In this document: in pieces, positions 30,680-40,520 of the stretch
How the letters are laid out: each line of letters begins with the position of its first letter
Numbering within the stretch: position 1 is the stretch's first letter
IMG/VR virus record: IMGVR_UViG_3300025728_000289
From: an uncultured virus (IMG/VR IMGVR_UViG_3300025728_000289)
Taxonomy: Duplodnaviria; Heunggongvirae; Uroviricota; Caudoviricetes
Reading direction: 5' to 3' (one strand)
Length of the DNA stretch: 54,424 nucleotides
The notes under the pieces: generated by a model
What the model was told of the DNA's origin: nothing
The model's database searches: none
The model's input: the letters and a program-made list of their open reading frames with translations, nothing else
Position numbers and translations under genes: made by a program

Positions 30680-30692
30680 GAGGAAATAAAAG

Positions 30693-30977
30693 ATGAAAAA
30701 TCTAGCAACACGCATGCAGTCTAAGGCATATCTTATGGGTCAATCGATAAAAGACAGATTCCAAACCCGTCTAAATAATGAAAAAGGCGGAATCGAAAAC
30801 TACATCACAATCCTTATCATCGTTGCCATTGTACTTCTTATTGGTTGGGCTGTTTGGAGATACTTCGCAGGCGCCAATGGAGGCAACGTGATCGCGAACT
30901 GGTTCGAAAGCAATGTGAGCAAAATCATTGACTGCACAAGTGATGTCAGTGGTGGCACTGGTTCTAACAACTGCTAA
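30693..30977 (+). CDS. Flp-like major pilin
   Basis: Prepilin site NNEKG|GIENY followed by a hydrophobic helix; strong RBS. Confidence 0.75.
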   Translation: MKNLATRMQSKAYLMGQSIKDRFQTRLNNEKGGIENYITILIIVAIVLLIGWAVWRYFAGANGGNVIANWFESNVSKIIDCTSDVSGGTGSNNC

Positions 30978-31031
30978 AACGACATAGGCCCCCTTCGTAG
31001 GGGGCTTATCTCTTACACGGGGTGGCAAATT

Positions 31032-31574
31032 ATGAAACGAAGACTGGATGAAAAAGGCGGAATAGATACCTATATCGCAACTACAATATGCTTGACCATT
31101 CTCTTAGTATTTGTTGCCGCTACCTTTATGTTGACTAAGGTAATGGGTGACTATACTTCTTTACAGAGAACAATGGATCAAGTAGTGGATGGTGTTAAGA
31201 CGTACGGTGGGTATACTGAGACAACACATCGCTCCGTCCAACACTTTCTTGATGGAAGAAGACTTCCTAAAGGAAAAGTGAGAGTATACGCCGAGAGCAC
31301 TACAGGCGGCTACTTAACAGCCAACCCTCACGTTTATGGTGAAGATGTAAAAGTCACTCTCGTATACGAGTACAACATAAGCATGGTTGGGCTGCAAAAA
31401 ACATATCAAATATCGGTTAGTTCCACAGCAGTTAGTCAATTTATTGAAGGTGCTGCTCCGGAACAGTGTTACATAGCTACAAATGGTGGGGTATTGGTAG
31501 AAGACAAACCATCTTGTAGTCAGTGGACCACACCTGTAAGCAATACACCAGACGATGACTTTTTCTGGAGATAG
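31032..31574 (+). CDS. TadE-like pseudopilin
   Basis: DEKG|G prepilin-like site plus hydrophobic helix. Confidence 0.65.
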   Translation: MKRRLDEKGGIDTYIATTICLTILLVFVAATFMLTKVMGDYTSLQRTMDQVVDGVKTYGGYTETTHRSVQHFLDGRRLPKGKVRVYAESTTGGYLTANPHVYGEDVKVTLVYEYNISMVGLQKTYQISVSSTAVSQFIEGAAPEQCYIATNGGVLVEDKPSCSQWTTPVSNTPDDDFFWR

Positions 31575-31589
31575 TAGGTGATTGTAAAA

Positions 31590-32195
31590 ATGGGTAATGA
31601 ACGTGGATCTGGTATAGCTATATACATCTTCACAGTGTTTTTGGTTTTGACAATTGTGGCATTAGCCACGGCCAACGTATTTATCAAACAAGCCGAATCA
31701 GTTAAGCAACGAGGTCAGGTATTGTTATTCCACGCTCTTTCTGACGCTGTTCATACGGCGGAAATAGTACCAACATATGAGAATGGTAGGATGGTCAATG
31801 AGATGACCATACCGAGTGACACAGCCCTCCATTCCTTTTGTACACCCGATTTTGACGGAGTTAGTGTGTCGAAGGTGTTTAGGGTTCAGGAGGGTGGCCC
31901 GAATTGCATAGGTCAAACATTGAATCCTCTCCCAGGAAACAAAGATTTTCCATACGGAATAAAAGTGACCGATTTCGTAGTAGTGAATAGTATAACTGAC
32001 CCAGCGTACTCCCGGTACCAACAAGTTAATGGGCAAAGGTTCGCACCGCCCTTTATATTTGCTAAAGTGGAAATACCTAGAGACTTTCGAGTCAACGGTA
32101 AGGACTATTCCTTCACATATAAGATTGCTGCAGTGTATAGACCGGCAATGCTAGATGCAACTAAGGGGGATTTCATAATTCCTGACATAAATTGA
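31590..32195 (+). CDS. TadG/TadE-like pseudopilin
   Basis: NERG|S prepilin-like site plus hydrophobic helix. Confidence 0.65.
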   Translation: MGNERGSGIAIYIFTVFLVLTIVALATANVFIKQAESVKQRGQVLLFHALSDAVHTAEIVPTYENGRMVNEMTIPSDTALHSFCTPDFDGVSVSKVFRVQEGGPNCIGQTLNPLPGNKDFPYGIKVTDFVVVNSITDPAYSRYQQVNGQRFAPPFIFAKVEIPRDFRVNGKDYSFTYKIAAVYRPAMLDATKGDFIIPDIN

Positions 32196-32205
32196 GGAGA
32201 TCTCT

Positions 32206-33024
32206 ATGATTAAACGCATAACCAAATACACCAACTACATTCTTTCTCTGGTGCTACTCATCTGGGTGGCACTTGGTTACAATATCATCCCTCTAGCTAT
32301 TGGCGCAGCCTCTATACATTTGGTCTTGTTCGTTATACGATATGCGTCTTCTAAGAAGATTAAAATAGAAGGTGAAGAGGTGGCGGAGAGCCCTTACCGC
32401 ATACTCATCTCCTCACGCCATAAAGAAAGTCCTATCAATGCTGCTGCAAAAGGTGATATAAAAGAGTCAGGGGCTCTTGATGTATTTGAGATCACGGATG
32501 AGGATTTCGAATTTGAGGTAGAAGGATATGACGAAGAAGAAGACACATATGATACAGATGAAGAATCTGAAGCCAGTGTAGGTGAAAGAACGGAACGCAA
32601 TACTGGCATTTCTGACTTCGATGTTCAATATAGACGGAAAAAGATAGATAGCGTCTTGGAAAGAGTAGGTAAAGTGCCAAAAATGGGTGGAATAGAATTC
32701 GAGGAGTTTTTGAGAGACTTATATGACGCCTTGGGTTATGTAGTACACAAGACTGACATCAACGATCAAGGTGCAGATCTTATAGTAATGCATGGGGGAG
32801 AAAAGATAGTAATACAGGCCAAAAGATACAAAAATAAAGTTAATAACAGTGCAATTCAACAGGTTTTCACAGCTAAAGCCTTTTACGAGTGTGATAAGGC
32901 TATAGTAATAACTAATTCGGAGTATACGAAATCAGCGCGTGAAGTGGCTGAAAAGGTGGGCGTGGAACTGTGGGATGCAACCTCACTACAATCAATGCTT
33001 AGCAGCATGAAAAGTATAACCTAA
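32206..33024 (+). CDS. Membrane-anchored Mrr-like (PD-(D/E)xK) endonuclease domain protein
   Basis: Two N-terminal TMs; FEEFL, DQGADL, IQAKRY, ITNS, ELWD. Confidence 0.85.
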   Translation: MIKRITKYTNYILSLVLLIWVALGYNIIPLAIGAASIHLVLFVIRYASSKKIKIEGEEVAESPYRILISSRHKESPINAAAKGDIKESGALDVFEITDEDFEFEVEGYDEEEDTYDTDEESEASVGERTERNTGISDFDVQYRRKKIDSVLERVGKVPKMGGIEFEEFLRDLYDALGYVVHKTDINDQGADLIVMHGGEKIVIQAKRYKNKVNNSAIQQVFTAKAFYECDKAIVITNSEYTKSAREVAEKVGVELWDATSLQSMLSSMKSIT

Positions 33025-33043
33025 TATGACGGGAGGATTTGGA

Positions 33044-33247
33044 ATGAGTACAAACAAATTGGTAAATGCAAAAGAAGCCGCTGACTGGATGGGAGTTTCC
33101 CTGGTAACTTTTTACAAATTTAGAAAAGATGGGATGCCTTACATTAAAATTAGCAGAAACTGCGTACGTTATGATCTGGGGAGAATGAAAGATTGGCTAG
33201 AACAACGCAGTGCTTTGATGATAGCACAGGATAATAAAGCTAGATAA
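33044..33247 (+). CDS. Small HTH DNA-binding protein (excisionase/AlpA-like)
   Basis: KEAADWMGVSLVTFYKFRKDGMP...VRY..DWL. Confidence 0.8.
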   Translation: MSTNKLVNAKEAADWMGVSLVTFYKFRKDGMPYIKISRNCVRYDLGRMKDWLEQRSALMIAQDNKAR

Positions 33248-33290
33248 TTTCAAGGGATATATCCACCACGGATATATCCCTTGAAATTAT
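33244..33290. repeat. Perfect 21-bp inverted repeat with 5-nt loop
   Basis: ATAATTTCAAGGGATATATCC-ACCAC-GGATATATCCCTTGAAATTAT. Confidence 0.85.
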
Positions 33291-33548
33291 TGCTCTGAAA
33301 TCACTAAGATGGTAAAATCAAAGTATAAATTAGTATAAGTATGTATATAATGTCCGAAACTGGAATCTAGCACAGGAATTTACTAGCAAAAAACTCTGGT
33401 TGTTATATTATATTGACAACAGATATATCCTTGTGGTAAACTAAAATTACGAGATACCGTATCTATCGATGTAAGCGTGAAATAAACAATTTGCAATAGC
33501 GCTTGCAACAAACGGAATGTAAATAAATCTATGATCGAGGTGTTTATA

Positions 33549-33689
33549 ATGTTCAAACCAAAATTTTTCACAAAAGTAACCATTATCGCCGTGACATTGG
33601 CTATGACCAGTTTGGCTGTGGGATATGTAGAAGTAGCAGTCCACAACCCTTTCACAGGTAGTGATAGTGTAGTTCAATTGTTCAAATAA
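33549..33689 (+). CDS. Unannotated 46-aa hydrophobic peptide (type I toxin or secreted peptide candidate)
   Basis: MFKPKFFTKVTIIAVTLAMTSLAVGYVEVAVHNPFTGSDSVVQLFK; RBS GAGGTG; promoter TTGACA-N18-TAAACT (33413-33442); hairpin 33691-33722. Confidence 0.65.
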   Translation: MFKPKFFTKVTIIAVTLAMTSLAVGYVEVAVHNPFTGSDSVVQLFK

Positions 33690-33750
33690 GTGCACTCTTT
33701 TGTTTTTCAACATTAGAGTGCAGATACCACTCCGTTTTCCTCTCCCATAT
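33685..33750 (-). ncRNA. Candidate antisense RNA convergent with the 46-aa peptide gene
   Basis: Minus-strand promoter TTGACG-N18-TATAAT (33784-33755); no convincing ORF downstream. Confidence 0.45.
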
Positions 33751-33990
33751 ATCAATTATACCACGAAACAGCCTCTTCCGTCAATACTAAATTAATGTAC
33801 GGATCCGCGTCCTTCTTAAACTCAAAGCACTTAGATACCATAAGGAAAAATACATTGTAGAACTTATAAAATACATATTGTTGTGCCCTCCCAAGGCATG
33901 GTCAAAGGACCATGACAGAACCGGGTTCTTGATCCCTGCGACTAGCCTATGTTATAATTGGTATGGTATTTATAGTAGGCAGAAGGAGGT

Positions 33991-35340
33991 ATGCAGGTGG
34001 ACAAATTGTTTCAAGACCGGTACGAAACTTGCTACAATCCTGACGTCCTTGCCTTGATAAAAGAAGCAAGTAGTATCAGTACGATCCGTGAAATGATATT
34101 GCCCCTTACTCAGCCAAACACAACCATGGATCCCAAGGACCGAGGGAAAAGCGTGGGTGAGATAATATATGCTATTGCCTCGACACACAATATCGAAGGA
34201 TTACTTAAACGTCACAATGTGTACCAGCTCCTGTCAGCAAGTAATTCTACACATATATCTGGTTTGTGTGGCGATATAGGCCTTGTATTACCGCCCAAAG
34301 TAAGGAAAAAAGGAAAAAATGCTATTATAAAAAAGATATTGGAAAAGTATGACACTAATACACGTGTACAGACAAAACTTGATTGGTTCACTGCTCAGTC
34401 CTTGATTCTTAGCTATCCCTTCGCAGGTGCGAAAGACCTTCTGCCTTTTACAGAATTCCTAGGACTTTTGAACAAGAGTATAGAGGAAAAAGACAGGGAT
34501 AAGACATCTCAGACAGTGATGTTCACTTGCATACTATTTCAAACGCCTGCGTCTTCATATATCACCAACATGCTGGATATTTTTGATGATGATATGTGGA
34601 CATACTTTGAGGACATGTTGTTGAATAGTTTTTTACTAGAGTGTGAAATGAAAAACACTAGTAATGACACAGCTAATACAGTGCCTACCATCAACCAATT
34701 GTTGGAAGAGCGCAAAAAATTGTCACAGAAACTGGCTAGACATGAAAAGCAACAAAATCAATTGCAGAGCCTCTTACGCACCGAGATGCTGGAAAGACAA
34801 ACACAAGAAAAAGAATTAAAAACCACCATATACGCGCTCAACCTACAATTGCAACAACAACTGGAATCCGCAGTGTTGGAGATAGAAAGATTGGAGTCAG
34901 AGTTAGGACGTGCTTCTGAGGAAAATGGAAAATTGGTTGCTGAAAACGAAGACTTATGGGCACTACTGAAGAGTTCAAACAACGCCAATATATATGCGCC
35001 TTTAAAGGGAAAGACGATATGTGTGATAGGAGATCCAAATAAAAAAGATTTGTATAAGTCTGTGGTTTTGAAATATGGTGGAGGGTTTGAATTTTATCCT
35101 TCCATACTTGAGACAGGACTGTCAAGAATGGCGGGTCCCGTAGGCAGATCGGATGTAGTCATGTACTTGGCTATTTTCACTGACCATACAATTGGCAACA
35201 AATTAAAGTCTCTTATCGATGTATCTCGTATCAAACCCCTATATGCTAGTAGCCTAGAGTATTTTGAGAACCAACTGGTAAATGAAGTTATACCAGACCT
35301 GACGAAGAGCCAAGATAAAACCAACATAATTGGAGGATGA
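33991..35340 (+). CDS. Coiled-coil protein with C-terminal DUF2325-like domain
   Basis: LKGKTICVIG...SDVVMYLAIFTDH pattern after a long coiled coil; promoter 33929-33958. Confidence 0.65.
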   Translation: MQVDKLFQDRYETCYNPDVLALIKEASSISTIREMILPLTQPNTTMDPKDRGKSVGEIIYAIASTHNIEGLLKRHNVYQLLSASNSTHISGLCGDIGLVLPPKVRKKGKNAIIKKILEKYDTNTRVQTKLDWFTAQSLILSYPFAGAKDLLPFTEFLGLLNKSIEEKDRDKTSQTVMFTCILFQTPASSYITNMLDIFDDDMWTYFEDMLLNSFLLECEMKNTSNDTANTVPTINQLLEERKKLSQKLARHEKQQNQLQSLLRTEMLERQTQEKELKTTIYALNLQLQQQLESAVLEIERLESELGRASEENGKLVAENEDLWALLKSSNNANIYAPLKGKTICVIGDPNKKDLYKSVVLKYGGGFEFYPSILETGLSRMAGPVGRSDVVMYLAIFTDHTIGNKLKSLIDVSRIKPLYASSLEYFENQLVNEVIPDLTKSQDKTNIIGG

Positions 35341-35344
35341 CAAC

Positions 35345-35668
35345 ATGCTAAATCAAGAATCTGTAAAGTTATCAATAGATGAATGCATTAAGGCCATGAA
35401 AGCAGAAAAAAGAAAAACTACAGAACAATACTTTGATGGCTATATTGTCTCCGTCAATGTATCCACACGACAAATCAGTATCGCCGTGTATACAACCAAG
35501 CCAAACCCTATCCTACCGTTGCCTATGGTGGACGAAGAGTATGCGATGGTTTGTTATGATCTTAAGTCACATTCCTATGTGCGAGAGAATAACTCAGACA
35601 TGCTAAAACCAAGTGTTCGTGAACTAAATATGTTGAACAAGACCGGAGAGCTTCACATAGCCAAATAA
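35345..35668 (+). CDS. Hypothetical protein
   Basis: RBS GGAGG, follows the upstream gene closely. Confidence 0.6.
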   Translation: MLNQESVKLSIDECIKAMKAEKRKTTEQYFDGYIVSVNVSTRQISIAVYTTKPNPILPLPMVDEEYAMVCYDLKSHSYVRENNSDMLKPSVRELNMLNKTGELHIAK

Positions 35669-35724
35669 GGGCCGTGGAAAAATGAACAACATTATATCTG
35701 GCACAGAAGAGAGGACTGGAGAAA

Positions 35725-36369
35725 TTAACCAGTCCTCTCTTCATGTATCATTTCATATGCCTCCTTGATGCCACGCACGATATCTCTGGCCGACACAATA
35801 TTTTCCACCCCTGTGCCACGAATTTGTGGTGCTGTGTTGAAATCAACAGCCAGCATCTCATTGCCGCCAACAAAATCTATAGCGTACAGAGGTTCCTTGA
35901 TATCAGAATTAAAGTATCCATCATGCATACTCAATACTTCTATATCAACATCTCCGTAATTGGACTTCCAATCATTTTTGCTCTTATACCTTAGCCAAAA
36001 GTAGGAATTTCCCACCTGGAGCACACGTAAACTCTCACTGTTAGAGGGTATGTACTCAGAAGCAAAACTGGCCGGGAGGGAGCTAATGGCCTCATCCCAA
36101 GGAACCAAGATTTTCCCTTCTCCACAATGTTTGTTCAAATCTGTATACACTACAAGATGAGAAGGGGGCTCGATATTGGTAGTCTTTGCGAATTCCAGTA
36201 TTTTTCGTGTAACTCCAAATATTGGTGTATGTAATCCTTTCGAACGCATGAAAGTGAACATTTCTGCTCTATTCATTCCCTGGTAACTAAAACGTCTTAG
36301 GACCTTTCCAGATATGTCAAAAAAGTGATCGTAGTAGTCCACAAAATCGCTTTGCAGTCGTATGTCCAT
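35725..36369 (-). CDS. ATP-grasp-like protein
   Basis: HCGEGK, SEYIP, YAIDF...AVDFNTAP pattern resembling the ATP-grasp C-terminus. Confidence 0.5.
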   Translation of the reverse strand: MDIRLQSDFVDYYDHFFDISGKVLRRFSYQGMNRAEMFTFMRSKGLHTPIFGVTRKILEFAKTTNIEPPSHLVVYTDLNKHCGEGKILVPWDEAISSLPASFASEYIPSNSESLRVLQVGNSYFWLRYKSKNDWKSNYGDVDIEVLSMHDGYFNSDIKEPLYAIDFVGGNEMLAVDFNTAPQIRGTGVENIVSARDIVRGIKEAYEMIHEERTG

Positions 36370-36385
36370 GTATATCACTCCAAAC

Positions 36386-36604
36386 TTATAATGTCTTACT
36401 TAGTTTATCTGACACTTCTTTGATAAACTGAATTTTTTCTGTATCCAACATAACGAAGAACGAGTCGCTGGTATATAAATACACCAGCACATCTTGCGCC
36501 AATTTTGCGGATAAGTCATTTTCACCTGTTAGATGGAAGGCATACCTGTAACAAAACAGTTCCAGTTTTCTCAATTCTTCTATTCGTGCCTCTCGATCGA
36601 ACAT
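36386..36604 (-). CDS. Small protein resembling ECF sigma factor region 2 only
   Basis: CYRYAFHLTGENDLSAKLAQDVLVYLY. Confidence 0.5.
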   Translation of the reverse strand: MFDREARIEELRKLELFCYRYAFHLTGENDLSAKLAQDVLVYLYTSDSFFVMLDTEKIQFIKEVSDKLSKTL

Positions 36605-36677
36605 TTGTCCCCCTACGCAACATGCATATGGATGGTAATCCGAAGATTACCATCCATGCATGCAGTTACTCTTGATG

Positions 36678-37295
36678 TTATTTTGATGTTTGCAAAGCGC
36701 GAATTATGAGAGCAGCTTCCGCTCGGGTTATTGTATCGGCACCTGAATATAAGACGTTAATCTCATACTCCAACGCCCCTTTCAAGTACAATTGATGCAC
36801 ATCTTCTTTGACAGAAATACCGTAGAAGTAGTTGGAACTCAAGTCCTTTTTGGACAGCCCAAGCATACCCTGCACCGTATCTTTTTTGATCAACTCAGAT
36901 GGCTTTTGTTTGGTTGGGACCTTGAAAGGAATACCCGCTTTCTTTAACCATGATGTGAAAGTCTCAACAGTCACACCTTTGGTTGGCCGAAATGCATCGT
37001 TTTGGATGTTGATAACTCCTTGCGATGCCAAGTCTGCAATTACTCCATATGCCCAATATGAAGGGTCGAGATCTTTAGCCAGCGCTTTGACAGGCGTGGC
37101 AGTCTCGCTTTCTGTTGGCAAATCGAGAATGGCATTGACCATGTCCATCTCAGATTGTTGTGCAAATGGCTCACTTGCGTTTTCCTTAGGACTATTTTCT
37201 GTAGTTAGGGATGCGTCGGCTGATGCCATGTGATCACCACAAATCACAAATCCTACCGACATGAAAAACACTGTGAAAAATTTTCTCATATTCAT
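36678..37295 (-). CDS. Secreted S-layer homology (SLH) domain protein
   Basis: Signal peptide; KDLDPSYWAY...FRPTKGVT and ITRAEAA motifs; promoter TTGATT-N18-TACAAT (37424-37395). Confidence 0.75.
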   Translation of the reverse strand: MNMRKFFTVFFMSVGFVICGDHMASADASLTTENSPKENASEPFAQQSEMDMVNAILDLPTESETATPVKALAKDLDPSYWAYGVIADLASQGVINIQNDAFRPTKGVTVETFTSWLKKAGIPFKVPTKQKPSELIKKDTVQGMLGLSKKDLSSNYFYGISVKEDVHQLYLKGALEYEINVLYSGADTITRAEAALIIRALQTSK

Positions 37296-37567
37296 TTCGA
37301 CACTCACTCCTTAAGATTCTTTACACGACACACACTCTTACATCTTTGCAACATTTATGTACATAGCTCACACCCTTTACATTTCGATAGTCCCATTGTA
37401 CCATAAACTTACCTTTCGAATCAATAATTCATATGTACTTTTTCTTTGGTAAAAAAGATAGGATGTGAGTCTAATCGAAGTCTTGACCTTATTGACAAAA
37501 AGGTATATTAACATGATATAATTTCAGTACAATCAATTATATATGGAAGGAGTGTGGGCTGTATCCC

Positions 37568-38251
37568 ATGTTCAAAACTTTATCTGCTGTTTGGAAAGAC
37601 AAAACGCTCCTCGTGACATTGACTTCAACCTTTGCTGGTTGGGGAACCGCATTAGCTCTAGCTCCCATATTGCCAGAGATACTTTCCTTGAGTGTTCCGC
37701 CCTTGATCGTCCTATCGAGTGCCACGTGGGTCGCTCGTCGCAAAATCAAAGCTCTTGGGTCTGCACCAAACACCCTACCGACTCCAGACGATGCACCTCA
37801 CGAACCGATGTCAGTTGAAGCAGATGAGACATCCGAGGAACCCGCATCGTCATGGGTGAGAGATGTATCTACTTACATTGGGCTGCTTGGAGGTTTATTG
37901 GCTCGAGAACATCAAAATAACAATATTGACAAAGAAATTGTTGATAAGGTAGACTTGTTATTAGCAAAGGTTAGTCATTTACTTCCTAGTCTTGAAGAGT
38001 TTGATATGACTGAACAGAAACACAAGGTTGAGCGACTAGTAATGCAGGACTTAAACAACATGATTGTTCCGTTCACAAAATTGCCTGCGCAAACAAAGAT
38101 TCAAAACCGTCGCAGAATCTTGGACGGATTGAAAGAGATAGATAAGCAGATTACTTCTCTCATAACCGGATTCCAGCAACGGGATATGATGGACTTTGAG
38201 AAAGGGATCATGCTCATTTCTAAAAGATATAACAATAATGATATATATTGA
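37568..38251 (+). CDS. XpaC/YceG-like membrane partner of TelA
   Basis: Two N-terminal TMs plus helical domain directly upstream of telA. Confidence 0.55.
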   Translation: MFKTLSAVWKDKTLLVTLTSTFAGWGTALALAPILPEILSLSVPPLIVLSSATWVARRKIKALGSAPNTLPTPDDAPHEPMSVEADETSEEPASSWVRDVSTYIGLLGGLLAREHQNNNIDKEIVDKVDLLLAKVSHLLPSLEEFDMTEQKHKVERLVMQDLNNMIVPFTKLPAQTKIQNRRRILDGLKEIDKQITSLITGFQQRDMMDFEKGIMLISKRYNNNDIY

Positions 38252-38267
38252 TAAGGAGAGGGTATAA

Positions 38268-39389
38268 ATGTCGGATATGCAAAACGCTGTAGTAACGTTA
38301 TTGAAATCAGATGATGTCGCAAAAATTGAGCAGGAGGCCAATGAGGTCGTAGTTAAGATGTCCAGCACAGGACAACAGCAAATGGACAAGATGATTGACC
38401 AGTTGGGTACTCTTGGTGAGAACACACAGATGGCCGCAGGCCAAGCTCTTGATACACTTCGTCAACCTGTAAAGCATATGATGGATGGTCAACACGGCGG
38501 TATCTCTCAGACATTGTTGCAGTTGCGTTCTCATGTAGACGAATTAAATCCTAACGGACTTACAAAAAGAGGTGGACTGAGCAACTTAATTAGTAAGATA
38601 ACCAAAAAAAGCCCACTCACCAATTATATCCGCAAATACGAAAGTATCCAAACACAAATCGATAATATTGTCACCTCGCTGTACCATGGCAAGGATAAAC
38701 TCCAAGCGGACACTATCGGCTTAAAGCAGTTGAAGATTGCCGCCCAAGACAAAGTGTACGAGTTGGAAAAACGAGTGTACTTCGGTCGTAAGTTGATGGA
38801 ACTTATGGAAGTGGAAATCAATAAACCAGAACGGGAACACGAAAAGCCTCTCTTGGAAAAGGGTATGGTAAAAGTCGTTAGTCGTGTGAACAATATGATG
38901 CAGATGATTAATGTGTTGCAACAATCTGTTGCTTCTGTGGACATTATCGCTGAAAACAACGACAAGCTGGAAGAAGCGGTATTTAATGCTATCACAATGA
39001 CGAAGAATATTGTCACTGTATCAGCATCGATTCAATTGGCTCTGCGGAATCAGCAACAAGTGATTCATGCAGTAAATTCAACTAATGAAGCGATCAGTGA
39101 AATGATCAAGTCGAATGCTGCTACACTGCGTTCTAATACAGAACAAACCAACAAGATGCTGGAGCAACCATCCATTGCCATTGAAACTTTGAAACAGGCT
39201 TTTGAGGATACACTTGCTGCAATCCACAATACCGAAGATTCCAACCGTCGAATCATCGATTCTGGTAAGCAATTTGTGAATGAGCTGGATAAGTTCAACA
39301 AGGATATGCGACAAAAACTGGAATACAAACCATCTTCTGCTCTACCACCATCCTCGGGCACTCAATCTGTTAGTAGCCTCTTAGATTAA
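38268..39389 (+). CDS. telA: TelA/YaaN/YceH toxic anion resistance protein
   Basis: LGENTQ, ELNP, KYESIQTQIDNI, NNDKL, IETLKQAF. Confidence 0.85.
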   Translation: MSDMQNAVVTLLKSDDVAKIEQEANEVVVKMSSTGQQQMDKMIDQLGTLGENTQMAAGQALDTLRQPVKHMMDGQHGGISQTLLQLRSHVDELNPNGLTKRGGLSNLISKITKKSPLTNYIRKYESIQTQIDNIVTSLYHGKDKLQADTIGLKQLKIAAQDKVYELEKRVYFGRKLMELMEVEINKPEREHEKPLLEKGMVKVVSRVNNMMQMINVLQQSVASVDIIAENNDKLEEAVFNAITMTKNIVTVSASIQLALRNQQQVIHAVNSTNEAISEMIKSNAATLRSNTEQTNKMLEQPSIAIETLKQAFEDTLAAIHNTEDSNRRIIDSGKQFVNELDKFNKDMRQKLEYKPSSALPPSSGTQSVSSLLD

Positions 39390-39394
39390 CACAC

Positions 39395-39428
39395 AAAAGG
39401 AGACCCAGCAATGCAGGTCTCCTTTTCT
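39395..39428. terminator. Bidirectional terminator
   Basis: AAAAGGAGACC...GGTCTCCTTTT between convergent genes. Confidence 0.75.
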
Positions 39429-39863
39429 TTACCATCCCACTTCTATTTCTCTCTCTACTTCATGTTTGTCATTTAGATTTATGTTGATAATTTTATCATA
39501 TATCTTGGACTCCAAAGCTGGATTGCTGGTCGACTTCAATATATTTTTTTCTACAATACTTGTGTCATCTAAAGCCAAGGAATTAATATCCTCAGACAAT
39601 TCTTTTGGCACATCATAGTTTATGATGTCTTCTATGTCTAACATCTCCAGGGCCTCTTGAGCTTCCAATTGTTGTTCTTCTAACAGACTCTCTAGTTTTT
39701 CTTGTAGAAGATTAGTCAGCTGTTCTAACAGCTCATCTTCCATACTCTGATCAAATGCTTCGATTACTTCTCTATTTGCATCTATTAGTGATGTCAGTCG
39801 TTGCACTTCCGCATCTGACGATTTCTGTAACAAAGTGTAATCTATTTCAAACTTTTTCATCAT
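39429..39863 (-). CDS. Acidic hypothetical protein
   Basis: RBS GGAGGTG; ORF. Confidence 0.6.
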   Translation of the reverse strand: MMKKFEIDYTLLQKSSDAEVQRLTSLIDANREVIEAFDQSMEDELLEQLTNLLQEKLESLLEEQQLEAQEALEMLDIEDIINYDVPKELSEDINSLALDDTSIVEKNILKSTSNPALESKIYDKIININLNDKHEVEREIEVGW

Positions 39864-39970
39864 ATGCACCTCCACTTAACTTTAAGAATATTAAATCACA
39901 TGTGTAGCCATGACACAATACTTTCTAGAAATTTTACATATTTAAAAATAAATCTTAGGGGTGTTAAAGG

Positions 39971-40408
39971 ATGAATTTGCTGGCGATTTGGAAAGACCAA
40001 ATCTTGGAGGAACTGGCTACAGGGGATTACACTATCCACAAGGTGAATGTGATGCAAAGAAGAGGAGAAATAACCTTCGTATCCATGAAGATAACTTCTC
40101 CTACAATCGAATTTGTAAGTCGAGAGGCCAACAAACCCTACATGGTAGAGATATTGGAAAGACGTGGGACAAACAGTTTTGTGATTCAGTTTTCAGAATA
40201 TACTGAAGGGACGGCATTGCAGTTGCCCCTGAAAAGGATATGTCGATACCGTGTATCTGAGATGGGGACCAGTTTCTGGACACATGACCGGATAGTGGAC
40301 ACTGATCTGGACGATATCCCGAAAATAGAGAACCTTATCCTCTCTGCCAAAATATTCCAGATGATGGATCTGCATTCATCCGAAAAGAAAATACACGCTA
40401 TATGTTAG
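39971..40408 (+). CDS. Hypothetical protein
   Basis: RBS GGGGTG; ORF. Confidence 0.6.
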   Translation: MNLLAIWKDQILEELATGDYTIHKVNVMQRRGEITFVSMKITSPTIEFVSREANKPYMVEILERRGTNSFVIQFSEYTEGTALQLPLKRICRYRVSEMGTSFWTHDRIVDTDLDDIPKIENLILSAKIFQMMDLHSSEKKIHAIC

Positions 40409-40447
40409 GTTATTGACAGACCTCGCCATGACGTGTTATCCTTAAAA

Positions 40448-40515
40448 AACACTCAATGTACAAACGAAGTTTGCCAACAAATAAGGAAGCCACTACATAG
40501 TAGTGGCTCCTTGTG
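40448..40515 (+). ncRNA. Candidate small RNA (about 65-70 nt)
   Basis: Promoter TTGACA-N18-TATCCT (40413-40442) leading to hairpin AAGGAAGCCACTAC/GTAGTGGCTCCTT; no RBS-bearing ORF. Confidence 0.4.
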
Positions 40516-40520
40516 CTTGT

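Noticed and set aside
33332..33361. dif/Xer-like site (AGTATAAGTATGTATATAATGTCCGAAACT)
   Set aside because: Only loose resemblance to one arm of the Firmicutes dif consensus
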